Shown here: in pieces, positions 35,470 through 45,700 of the stretch | How positions within the stretch are numbered: position 1 is the first letter of the stretch | Layout: every line of letters starts with the position of its first letter | IMG/VR virus record: IMGVR_UViG_3300042567_001420 | Length of the DNA: 64,000 nucleotides | Source of the DNA: a virus | Lineage: Duplodnaviria > Caudoviricetes | Reading direction: 5' to 3' (one strand) | Notes under the pieces: generated by a model | What the model was told of the DNA's origin: nothing | Databases searched by the model: none | What the model saw: only the letters and a program-made list of their open reading frames with translations | Made by a program: the position numbers and the translations under genes

Positions 35470-36241
35470 TTTTAATATCAAACTGTGAAAAATATTTACA
35501 TAAACTCTCACCAAGTACTTCTTGTGCAGAATCACTGGTCTTTTCTAATTTACCTCTGATTGTATGCAGATCTTTCAATCCCCATGCAGTATCTTTGGCT
35601 TCACCGCAAGTATTTGTGATACTATCGAACTTGTGGTCATATCTATTTATTTCCAAGAAATCGTATATCTTATTAATTGTGTCTTGAGGTGTTTGTACTA
35701 GATCATCATACTGCACAAAATATAAATTTTCTTTATAATTTTTCATGCCTATCTGTAAACTTTCCCACGGATCTCTAATATAGGATTCCCACAGTTCCAT
35801 TGCTCTTGTGTTTGTATTTATCGGCTTGCGCTTTTTTTTCAATGCTGCATCAATAAAATTGTTTGGATCTTTATTAAGTAGCTTGATGAAACTTGTGACA
35901 ACTTCCGCAACCGGTCTGTTGGTACAAATGACCTTGGGGTTTTCAGAAATGTGTAGCTTTGCTGGCATAACATTCCTTGCCCAAGCTCTGTGCTTGTCTA
36001 TAATATGAGGCTTCTTTATGCTCTCATAATATGCTTTGGGTAACGCAGTGTATATGGATGCAGATTGATTTTCAACATCAAAGGTATATTGCTGAGTAAC
36101 TCTATTGAGTGCCTCATTTTGCAGGCATAACAAATCCAATAAAGGACTTGTGGGGGAAACATATACCTCTGGATTTTGATTTAAAATTGATCCAAGCAAT
36201 GTTGAACCTGATCTAGGTAAGCCGCTTAAAAAGTATATCAT
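35459..36241 (-). CDS. Sulfotransferase family protein
   Basis: GLPRSGSTLL 5'-PSB loop, DKHRAW, NRP..EVVTSF 3'-PB, VQYDDLV..P. Confidence 0.85.
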   Translation of the reverse strand: MIYFLSGLPRSGSTLLGSILNQNPEVYVSPTSPLLDLLCLQNEALNRVTQQYTFDVENQSASIYTALPKAYYESIKKPHIIDKHRAWARNVMPAKLHISENPKVICTNRPVAEVVTSFIKLLNKDPNNFIDAALKKKRKPINTNTRAMELWESYIRDPWESLQIGMKNYKENLYFVQYDDLVQTPQDTINKIYDFLEINRYDHKFDSITNTCGEAKDTAWGLKDLHTIRGKLEKTSDSAQEVLGESLCKYFSQFDIKNGI

Positions 36242-37995
36242 TGTATATTCATTCCCAAAAGTTTTTCTCTAACTTTCACAAAAGGTGCTTCCCAATCTCC
36301 GTATTTTTCTTGGCGCATCAAGGTAAAGCAATCATAATAGGGAGTACGATCTCCATCTAATGCATATAAGAAGTATGGCATAATTGGAGTAACAACCCAG
36401 GTATCAACACCCATAGCACCAGCAAGGTGACTGACAGATGTGCATGAACTAATTACCAGATCACATTCGGCAACTGCTTTACGAGTATCTTCCCATGTAT
36501 TTAATGGAACTTTTCTAACCCAGAATGGACATTCATCTTCGCCCTCATCTCTTTGCAAGCTAATAAACTCTGCATTGATACCTCGAAGTGCCTCAAACAT
36601 TAATTCTGATGGGAACTTCTTATGATGCTCATGCTCAAATTGTGGGTTGCCTTGCCATCTCAATCCAATACGCATCTTTTTGCCTTTGATTGAGAATGGC
36701 TTTCTAATGTAAGGTGCGCCGGATATGTCGTCAAGTTCTAATCCCAACGGAACAGCTGCAGACATACCTGCTACCCAGAAATCATGATATACTCCATAGA
36801 TTGATTCGTGTTGCACAACTGCGGATACACCCTCAACATCTATAAACAAAGATGCCAACATACCAGTACAACATACCATGACTTTACATCCTCGATCTGC
36901 AATAACTTTTGCATAACGAACTTGGTGTATTTGATCTCCCAATCCACCTTCAAGGTATAGCATTACGATACCTTTTGTTTTTCCATCCCACATAGGCATA
37001 GGTGTATCTGGTCTACTGTTTCCAAACACACCAACAATCCGACCACGATCCATTAGGCTATAACCTTTTTGGATTTCACCTTGACGCAAATAATACCAAC
37101 CTCTGTTATAAGCTGCTCTATGGTTAAGTGGTTCAGCTGCTTCTATTTTTTGAGAAAGTCTCCAACCTTCATCGAAGTCTCCTCGGGTACTTGCTTCGAG
37201 TTGAAAATCAAGATCGTGTTTTTCTTGTACTGTTCTTGGAGTTTTTAACCAGAACTCACCCTGACAGAATGTGGGATAATGATGCTTTAATAATTCTCTC
37301 GGGTCTTGATTATGCTGACGCTGTAGTACAGGTTTAATATCATGCATACCTGCATACCCGTGAATGTTCTCATCGTCTTCTGATACTGTAGAACCATCAA
37401 TATTCCCAAAGTCATAATTAAAATCTGGTAGACCCAAGAACTCATGAATACGTTTTAGTTCTTTCTTGGGATCTTTAACTAAATCCTCATACTCAACAAA
37501 CAGGAAATTTTCTGGGGCAAATTTATACCCTTCTTGCAATGAGATATAAGCTGCCTTCAAGTGATCCATTAACTGACCTGAATAGATAAGTTGATCTAAG
37601 TCTGTGGGTTTTGCCACACGAACAAAAGATGCAGCACAATCGGGCACGGAACGAACCGTTGCAATAACTTTAGGTCTTCTTTCAAGAACCGCAGACATGG
37701 CTGCCATAATTTGTGGAATAGGCCATCCGCGAGATTTATCTATAACAACGGGCTTGTCTACATCTGAGTAAAACGCATCAATAGTCCCTCGCATTGTTGC
37801 CGCCAATTTAGAACGATCCGCATCGTTCTCATTTAATAACCCAGCACTATGCCAAGTATTTGCCAAGCCATCTAAGGCATGGACCAACCCAGATGTTGTA
37901 CTAACATGGGTCATTGGATTTTGATTTAAAATGGCTGCCAGAACTGTAGAACCAGAGCGGGGAATGCCTGCAAGAAAATGTAGTTGTTTATTCAT
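36238..37995 (-). CDS. Sulfotransferase-TPR-glycosyltransferase (GT9-like) fusion
   Basis: GIPRSGSTVL ST domain; TPR-like AAYNRGWYYL; EGGLGDQI, IGLRWQGNP, DLVISSCTSVSHLAGAMG. Confidence 0.8.
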   Translation of the reverse strand: MNKQLHFLAGIPRSGSTVLAAILNQNPMTHVSTTSGLVHALDGLANTWHSAGLLNENDADRSKLAATMRGTIDAFYSDVDKPVVIDKSRGWPIPQIMAAMSAVLERRPKVIATVRSVPDCAASFVRVAKPTDLDQLIYSGQLMDHLKAAYISLQEGYKFAPENFLFVEYEDLVKDPKKELKRIHEFLGLPDFNYDFGNIDGSTVSEDDENIHGYAGMHDIKPVLQRQHNQDPRELLKHHYPTFCQGEFWLKTPRTVQEKHDLDFQLEASTRGDFDEGWRLSQKIEAAEPLNHRAAYNRGWYYLRQGEIQKGYSLMDRGRIVGVFGNSRPDTPMPMWDGKTKGIVMLYLEGGLGDQIHQVRYAKVIADRGCKVMVCCTGMLASLFIDVEGVSAVVQHESIYGVYHDFWVAGMSAAVPLGLELDDISGAPYIRKPFSIKGKKMRIGLRWQGNPQFEHEHHKKFPSELMFEALRGINAEFISLQRDEGEDECPFWVRKVPLNTWEDTRKAVAECDLVISSCTSVSHLAGAMGVDTWVVTPIMPYFLYALDGDRTPYYDCFTLMRQEKYGDWEAPFVKVREKLLGMNIQ

Positions 37996-38052
37996 AAAAT
38001 CACCTAATTATTGTGGTATATACTAATATTTTATCGGATTTAAGATATTTTG

Positions 38053-38829
38053 TCAATACTTATCCCACCATTCTCTCCAATTTATAAATGGATCCTTTTC
38101 GGTATCGAATTGCATATGTAGTGCAAGACTTGGAATCGGTATAAGCAAAAAATATCCGCGTGTTTTAAACAACTGATTAATGGATTCATCTTCCATTGTT
38201 GGGGATACTTTACTTGTTCCCATTTTATAAAACAAATCCCATTCGTTTTTTATAATGCTAATGTGCGTCATAAAACAACTTGAAGTCAAGATGTTTGTTC
38301 TCCAATGTCTACCTGAAGATTGTACTACGTATGAGGGAATTTGTGTATTTACCGGAATGTAATGATAGGGATCATTGAATGGGAAAATACTAACAGGTTT
38401 ATTTAATCTGGTGCTGGCATCTACCCAGGTGTTGACCATATCACGAATTGCGTTTATTTCATATAGGTAATCATCTTGAACAAAGTATACTAGGTCTTTA
38501 CCAAATTGTTTGCCGTGTTCGTAACATCTAAGAATTGAGGGCATAATGCCTCTTGTTTCCAATTGCGTAATGTTATATGGTACATTGCATTTAGATGCAA
38601 TACTTATTAGTTTATCGAATGAAGCCTCATCCGAATGATCGTCAAATACTTGCAGGGAAATATCAACGTGCGGTAATAGATCAGATGCATAGTTAATCGA
38701 TTCAACAAGACTTGTAACGCATCTGCGCATAATTTCAGCTTTGTCTGTACCGCAGTATCTTTGTTTTGTAGTATCTCTGCTTTTTACGGAATGTGTCTGC
38801 AATACTACTAATAGATTCAATTTATTCAT
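38053..38829 (-). CDS. Glycosyltransferase, GT-A fold (GT2-like)
   Basis: VFDDHS, YFVQDDYLY DxD motif, LALH near the C-terminus. Confidence 0.75.
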   Translation of the reverse strand: MNKLNLLVVLQTHSVKSRDTTKQRYCGTDKAEIMRRCVTSLVESINYASDLLPHVDISLQVFDDHSDEASFDKLISIASKCNVPYNITQLETRGIMPSILRCYEHGKQFGKDLVYFVQDDYLYEINAIRDMVNTWVDASTRLNKPVSIFPFNDPYHYIPVNTQIPSYVVQSSGRHWRTNILTSSCFMTHISIIKNEWDLFYKMGTSKVSPTMEDESINQLFKTRGYFLLIPIPSLALHMQFDTEKDPFINWREWWDKY

Positions 38830-39371
38830 TCTTTAATTACCTTCAATTTAATATTAACTTCCATGATAATGTTATTGTGTTCTTGCACATATCTTTCAAC
38901 TTCTTCTTCGGGTCTGCCGTTGAATATTTTATAATATCTTTGATCAGGAATATTTTCCACTTCTGCAAGCTCAAAGTCTACATTGTAATAATGCGCCAAT
39001 CTAGAAGCAGATTCTCCTCGTTGTTTGCATAGATCATTGTATTTTTTACTAAAAAGCCCTAATCCTTCAGCAGTTATTGGTCTACGATGTGTTGGATCAT
39101 TTGCAAAATATTCATGTCTATGATGTGGTACTACAATATCAATTATAGCATCATGCTTACAAACACGATATAGTTCTTTGATTGCGTGAAAATACCCTTC
39201 GCCCATGTGCTCTAACACATGATGCGCAATTACTTCTTCTACGGAGTTATCTTCAAACGGCCATGTGTCGTTTTCGAGATCAAATTTAAAATCAGGATTA
39301 CAATTATCATCGTAATCACAATTTAAAAATCCATCATATTGTTTATCACCTGCTCCAATATTTAATTTCAT
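38826..39371 (-). CDS. SAM-dependent methyltransferase (type 11-like)
   Basis: KLNIGAG, DL...WPFEDNSVEEVIAHHVLEH, DPTH. Confidence 0.85.
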   Translation of the reverse strand: MKLNIGAGDKQYDGFLNCDYDDNCNPDFKFDLENDTWPFEDNSVEEVIAHHVLEHMGEGYFHAIKELYRVCKHDAIIDIVVPHHRHEYFANDPTHRRPITAEGLGLFSKKYNDLCKQRGESASRLAHYYNVDFELAEVENIPDQRYYKIFNGRPEEEVERYVQEHNNIIMEVNIKLKVIKE

Positions 39372-39386
39372 AATATTTCCAATAAT

Positions 39387-39878
39387 TTACTTTTCTATTA
39401 ATCTAAAAATTTGCACAATTCCACTATCAAATGAATGGAATAACCAAGGCCTGAAAAATACAGCTTGCCCCGGTTTCAACTGATGGTTAACCATTAGATC
39501 CCATTCAAATAAATTTCTATAATTGTGTTGGTATCCGTCTAATGCAGTTAATGCGCCGGATTTGTGTTCAAAGATGTTAAATGTAGATTGATCTATTGCG
39601 ACTACAAGTAACCATTCCTTTAAAGAATCAAATCCTTCGAAGTGTATCAGTAATTCGGGGAATCGAAACACGCCCGACTTTTCTCTATCAACTGTAACAT
39701 CTTTACCAAGTACGGTTGAGAATAGTTTATCTGCGTCTGCAGGGATGTGATTGAAATTTAATATTTCTTTACCAAACTCAGTTGATTGAAAGTTTAAACC
39801 TCTAACCACATTATGTAAATTGGTTGCGCTTTCTACATTATAAAATTCATCAACCGTCATTGTTTTAATTAATGCCAT
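39387..39878 (-). CDS. Degenerate DUF6445-like 2OG-Fe(II) oxygenase paralog
   Basis: VDEFYN, IHFEG, FRPWLFHS parallel the 34843 gene; the RLT segment is absent. Confidence 0.6.
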   Translation of the reverse strand: MALIKTMTVDEFYNVESATNLHNVVRGLNFQSTEFGKEILNFNHIPADADKLFSTVLGKDVTVDREKSGVFRFPELLIHFEGFDSLKEWLLVVAIDQSTFNIFEHKSGALTALDGYQHNYRNLFEWDLMVNHQLKPGQAVFFRPWLFHSFDSGIVQIFRLIEK

Positions 39879-39912
39879 ACTAAAATATTCCCGTTATAAT
39901 TTAATTATATAT

Positions 39913-39920
39913 TATTTATC
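39913..39920 (-). promoter_or_regulatory. Late promoter variant GATAAATA
   Basis: One mismatch; lies at the head of the modification-enzyme block. Confidence 0.5.
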
Positions 39921-41112
39921 ATCCTAATCCTATACTATGGCTGTATCCAGTAGCTACAGTAAGCCAATTTGTTAAGGATCCGACCTGGTTTGGCTCACTT
40001 CTACCAAAAGTATCTCCAAGACCAAGTTTACCGTTAAAGTTATCTCCCCAAGACCACAATGTACCGTCGGTTTTAGTTATTATGCACTGAGTGTTCAAAG
40101 CTCCAGTCCCAGCATTTGACCAAGTTGTTAATGCACCAACTTGTTTTGGACTAGAATAACTTGTGGTATTACCTAAACCCAATTGTCCAGATGATCCTCT
40201 ACCCCATGTCCACAATGTACCATCAGTTTTAATTGCCGCGCAGCTATTATACATCGCACGAATTTTTGACCAATTTGTTAATGCCCCAATTTGTACTGGG
40301 CTTGAAAAGTATGTAATATTACTTAGACCTAATTGACCATAACCATTATTTCCCCAGCTCCACATAGTACCATCAGTTTTAATAGCAATCGAAAAATTGG
40401 ATTGTCCCCCGCAACTACCACGTGCCCAAGTTGTTAATGCACCAATCTGTACTGGACTAGATCTATGCGCAGTATCGCCTAGTCCTAATTTGCCATGATG
40501 GTTCGCGCCCCATGACCACATAGTACCATCTGTTTTAATGGCTATGGAGTGATCAACACCGGAGGAAACACTTGACCAATTTGTTAATGCCCCAATTTGT
40601 ACTGGACTAGATATATTTGTAGTATTACCTAAACCAAGCTGACCTAAGTTATTTTTACCCCACGACCAAATAGTACCATCTGTTTTGATGGCCATGCTGC
40701 AACCGAAGCCTGAACTAACACGAGACCAAGTGGTTAATGCACCAATCTGCACTGGACTAGATCTATTTGTAGTATCACCTAAGCCCAATACGCCTTGATA
40801 ATTTTCACCCCATGCCCATAAGGTGCCGTCGGTTTTAATTGCTTGACTATTTGAGTATCCTGCACCTACAACAGACCAATTCAAAGACCCAACTTGTTTT
40901 GGACTTGAATAATTTGTCGTATTGCCTATACCTATTTGACCACTGCTACCGCTCCCCCATGAATATATTTTATATACTACCGGAGGCGCAGGCCAAATGC
41001 CTGCTCGTTTTGCCTGCATTTGATCTGCAGGATTAAAAATTCCAGAAGCAGATGAAGTATTAACTACTGTGGGTGTTGCAGATATTAATCCGCCGTAATA
41101 CTTTTTAACCAT
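39919..41112 (-). CDS. RCC1/BLIP-II beta-propeller protein, YYGGLISAT-type N-terminus
   Basis: Seven repeats after a 40-aa leader ending WPAPP. Confidence 0.9.
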   Translation of the reverse strand: MVKKYYGGLISATPTVVNTSSASGIFNPADQMQAKRAGIWPAPPVVYKIYSWGSGSSGQIGIGNTTNYSSPKQVGSLNWSVVGAGYSNSQAIKTDGTLWAWGENYQGVLGLGDTTNRSSPVQIGALTTWSRVSSGFGCSMAIKTDGTIWSWGKNNLGQLGLGNTTNISSPVQIGALTNWSSVSSGVDHSIAIKTDGTMWSWGANHHGKLGLGDTAHRSSPVQIGALTTWARGSCGGQSNFSIAIKTDGTMWSWGNNGYGQLGLSNITYFSSPVQIGALTNWSKIRAMYNSCAAIKTDGTLWTWGRGSSGQLGLGNTTSYSSPKQVGALTTWSNAGTGALNTQCIITKTDGTLWSWGDNFNGKLGLGDTFGRSEPNQVGSLTNWLTVATGYSHSIGLG

Positions 41113-41130
41113 ATTAATTTATATTGTTAT

Positions 41131-42342
41131 TTATTGCTTAGTAGCCAACACGAATCGATGGGAATTTCCTGCAACAACATCTATCCAGGTAGTCAACGAT
41201 CCAACTTGATTTGGACTAGTATTATTAAAAATATAGCCTTGTGCCAGGACTCCACCCTGATCACTTCCCCATGCCCATAATGTACCATTTGTTTTAATTG
41301 CGGTGGTGAAATAATTACCTGCAGAAACTTTTAACCAATTAGTTAAAGCTCCAACTTGGTTCCAAACGTATGTACTCGAAGTTCCGTTATTTCCCAGTTC
41401 TCCATATGAATTCTGGCCAATAGTCCATAATGTACCATCAGTTTTAGTTGCTGCATTGTGGTTGCGGTTAGCAGCAACCGACGCCCAATTTGTGCCTGAG
41501 CCAACTTGTGTTGGCTCAGATCTTTTTACAGTATCCCCAAATCCTAATCTGCCCTGAAAACCACTTCCATTAGTCCCCCAGGCATACAACGTACCATCTG
41601 TTTTAATTGCAAAACTTGTATTATAACCTGCAGAAATCTTTAGCCAAGTGGTTAGAGCACCAATCTGTTTTGGACTCGAATATGCTGTAGTATTACCTAA
41701 ACCCAATTGACCGTCATTAGCAGATCCCCAACTCCACAATGTACCATCGGTTTTAACTGCCAAACAATGAAATTGAACAACTGAAGTAGTTTTCCAATTG
41801 GTTAAAGCGCCAATTTGTTTAGGAGAAGAATAATAAGTACTATTACCTAGACCCAGTACTCCGGCGTTATTAGCACCACAACTCCACATCGTGCCATCGG
41901 TTTTAACTGCAATAAAGCATTGTAAACCTGCGCTAACACTTTCCCAATTAGCTAATGCACCTACTTGCGTTGGACTAGAAACTGGTGTGGTATTACCAAG
42001 ACCCAAACGACCATACCCATTTCTTCCCCAGGCCCAAAATGTTCCGTCAGTTTTAATAGAATATCCTGAGTGTCCTCCGGCTGCTATAGTTTTCCAATTG
42101 GTTAAAGATCCAACTTGTTTAGGTGAGGAATAAAGGTTAGTATTACCTAAGCCAAGGTTACCATATGAATTTTGCCCCCAAGACCAAAGATTGTATGGGA
42201 TAGGAGGTGCTGCAGGCGTAGGCCAATTGCCTGCTCGTTTTGCCTGCATTTGTTGAGTAGGATTGAATATTCCAGAAGCGGATGAAGTATTAACTACCGT
42301 TTTGGTGGCAGATATTAGTCCTCCATAATACCTTCTTTTCAT
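41131..42342 (-). CDS. RCC1/BLIP-II beta-propeller protein, YYGGLISAT-type N-terminus
   Basis: Seven repeats after a near-identical leader ending WPTPAAPP. Confidence 0.9.
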   Translation of the reverse strand: MKRRYYGGLISATKTVVNTSSASGIFNPTQQMQAKRAGNWPTPAAPPIPYNLWSWGQNSYGNLGLGNTNLYSSPKQVGSLTNWKTIAAGGHSGYSIKTDGTFWAWGRNGYGRLGLGNTTPVSSPTQVGALANWESVSAGLQCFIAVKTDGTMWSCGANNAGVLGLGNSTYYSSPKQIGALTNWKTTSVVQFHCLAVKTDGTLWSWGSANDGQLGLGNTTAYSSPKQIGALTTWLKISAGYNTSFAIKTDGTLYAWGTNGSGFQGRLGFGDTVKRSEPTQVGSGTNWASVAANRNHNAATKTDGTLWTIGQNSYGELGNNGTSSTYVWNQVGALTNWLKVSAGNYFTTAIKTNGTLWAWGSDQGGVLAQGYIFNNTSPNQVGSLTTWIDVVAGNSHRFVLATKQ

Positions 42343-42343
42343 A

Positions 42344-42715
42344 TTAGCTTATATCCTCATAACTGCAAGTTACGTGAAGAACATTTCCAGTATCTGCAGT
42401 TGCCCCTAAACTTGTATTTTCTTCCAAGTAATATTGACTGCTTTTATCTATAACATTTAATGTACTGTTTCCAGGAACCGTTGTCCGGCCAACAATATTA
42501 AATGCATTGCCACTCAAGCTAGCTGCAGAATAATAACTTATTGTTACATTTGCAGACGTTGAAGTGTAATTTGAAACGTTCAATACATTTATCTTTAAAC
42601 ATTTGCCAGAACTAGCGGCATTGTTTAGTATAGAAGTTGCAGTTATAGTTGTTAAGTTTGCTCCCGCTGTTTTACCATTGATTATTGTTGCGCCGATTAT
42701 GTTTGGTGCTGCCAT
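42344..42715 (-). CDS. Small fiber-associated protein (~120-aa paralog family)
   Basis: LNVSN.T...ANVTI, VP..STL.V, YLEE..SL, LHVTCSYEDIS; follows fiber 42717. Confidence 0.7.
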   Translation of the reverse strand: MAAPNIIGATIINGKTAGANLTTITATSILNNAASSGKCLKINVLNVSNYTSTSANVTISYYSAASLSGNAFNIVGRTTVPGNSTLNVIDKSSQYYLEENTSLGATADTGNVLHVTCSYEDIS

Positions 42716-42716
42716 G

Positions 42717-45700
42717 TTATCCTCCGAATATTAATGAATAGCCCACTGCTGCAGCTGCGCTTCCGCCTGCGCCTCCGCTACCAACAGTAGTCCAACCTGA
42801 TGAAGTGTATACAACCAACGCGTTTGCGGTTGTGTTATAAACTGTATCGCCTTGTAATGCAGTTGCTAAAGCATTAGTATTAGAATAATTTGCAAATCTT
42901 ATTGGCGTTGAAGCCTGTACTCTGCCGGTCGATTGTGGCGATAATAAAATATTACCAGATGTTGATATTGTTAAATCACCAAATCCATTAATAATTCCTG
43001 CAGTATTGCCAGAACTTAATGTTACAACAGATGAATTTGCACCTGTTGCAAGAATAATATTTCCGCCGGATGTAATATTAACATTACCCGCGGAGAAAAT
43101 TGTTCCACCAGCTGCGCCTGTACCATTGGCATAGAATGCGTTTGCTATTACGTTACCGGTGTTAATGTTGCCGGTATAAGTTATTAGGAACGCGGCAACA
43201 TTGGCATTGGCAAATTGACTACCTTGTGGGTTTGCTGCAAGATAAGCAATAACATTTGAAACAACTCTTGCATTTGTATAATATAAGTTACCACTTGAAG
43301 CAAGTTCTGCAACATTGGCAGTTGTTAAATTAGCCTGCGTAACTGACCCACCGGCTGATATACCAGTAACCGTTCCTCTAAATGTTATCGGACTGTTGAC
43401 AAAAATGTTACCGCCAGCCAAATTCAAATTACCTGTAGCACTTAACAATAAGTTACTAGATGTCGATAATTCTGCAGAGCCTGTACCTGTAGCAATAAAT
43501 GTATTTGCAATTATGTTTCCGCTTGCAAGAACATTTGAAGCTGTTAAATTAATGGTATTATTTTGAGCAATAATGTTCAAATTACCGGTTGAATTTAATG
43601 TGCCGGACGTTGCTGAAGGTGAAATAACTGTGTTAGCTATAACATTACCTGCGGAAATATTACCGGTATATGTTGTTAAGAATGCACTCACATTTGCATT
43701 ACTATAACTTCCGCTTGTAGGATTTGTTAATAGATATGCTGCAACATTGGCATTACCATATGTACCGCCTTGTGGGTTTGCCGCAAGATAAGCAATAACA
43801 TTTGAAACAACTCTTGCATTGGTGTAATATAGGTTGTTTAATTCTGTTACATTTGCCGTTGTTAAATTAGCCTGAGTAACCGATGCACTTGCAATACCCG
43901 TAACCGTTCCTCTGAATGTTATAGGGCTATTGACAAAAATGTTACCACCTGCCAAATTTAAATTGCCGGTCGCGCTTAATAACAAATTGCTTGAAGTTGA
44001 AAGTTCTGCGGAACCTGTACCTGTAGCAGTGAATGTGTTAGCAACAATATTGCCAGATGCAAGAACAGTATTTGCAGTTAAATTAATTGTGTCACCGGAA
44101 ACAATGTTCAAATTACCAGTTGAATTTAATGTGCCAGATGTTGCAAACGGTGAAATAACTGTGTTAGCAATAACATTGCCAGCATTAATATTGCCGGTAT
44201 ATGTTGTCAGGAATGCGCCGACATTAGCATTACCAAAATTACTTATTATTGGATTTGCCGTTAAATAAGCAGTAACATTAGATAACACACGAGCATTTGT
44301 GTAATATAAATTGCCACTTGCGGCATTTTCATTTACATTTGCAGTGTTTAAATTAGCAGTTAATGCATAAGATGATAGTACTCCAATAACATTAGAATAA
44401 ACTCTTGCATTTGTGTAGTATAGATTTGAACCTTCAGCAATACTAGAAGTCGTTAAGGTTAACCCTGTTAATCCTCCTCTTAATACCAGATTACCATTAA
44501 CAAAAACATTTGGAGCAGTTAAGTTCAAATTACCGGCTGCACTTAATAATAAATTACTTGTGGATACTATTTCACCGGAACCTGCACCTGCTGATATAAA
44601 TGTATTTGCAACAATGTTGCCTGATACCAATACGTTGGGCGTGGTTAAATTAATTGTACCCACCGCAGTAATATTTAAATTGCCAGTAGATGTTAGTGTA
44701 GCTGATGTTGCCGTAGGAGAAACAAAGCTGTTAGAAATTATATTTCCTGCAGAAAGATTGCCCGTATATGTTGTTAAGAATGAAGCAACATTGGCATTAC
44801 TAAATGATGAAGATGCTGTAGGAGCAGCCCAGAATAAATTGCCTGTGCCATTTGTTTGCAGTATATACCCGGTCACCCCATCGGTCTTTGGCCATGCTTG
44901 CCCATCTAATATAATTCTACCTGTGCCGTTTGCAACCAATTCTATGTTGGAATTTCCGGTAGTTGATATAGATAGAACACCCACGTTGTCTATTATGCCG
45001 CCGGTTAAAATTAAGTTACCTGCAGCAATGTTACCAGTGTATGTTGGCAATGCCGCTTCAATATTTGATAATACTCGAGCATTGGTATAATATAAGTTTG
45101 AACCTTCGGCAATGCTTGATGTTGTTAGTGTTAATCCAGTTATTCCGCCTCTTAGTACTAAATTGCCGTTAACAAAAACATTCGATGATGTTAAGTTAAG
45201 ATTACCGGCTGCACTTAATAACAAGTTACTTGTGGATGCAACTTCGCCTGAGCCTGCACCGGTCGATATAAAATTATTTGCTACAACATTACCTGACACC
45301 AATACGTTTGGTGTTGTTAAATTAATTGTTCCGGCCGCAGTAATATTCAAATTACCCGTTGATGTCAATGTTGCTGAAGTTGCGGTTGGCGATACAAAAC
45401 TATTGGCAATTACATTACCGGCACTTAGATTGCCAGTATAAGTTGTTAAGAAAGAACTCACATTGGCATTGCCAAAACTAACAGTCGCAGGATTTGCTGC
45501 TAAATATGCAATAACATTTGATACTACTCTGGCATTGGTATAATATAAGTTTGAACCTTCAGCAATGTTTGAAGTAGACAATGCTGATAATGCGCTTATA
45601 ACATTAGAGTAAACTCTTGCATTCGTGTAGTATAAGTTTGAACCTTCAGCAATGCTTGATGTTGTTAAAGTTAAGCCTGACAGAGCACCTCGTAATACTA

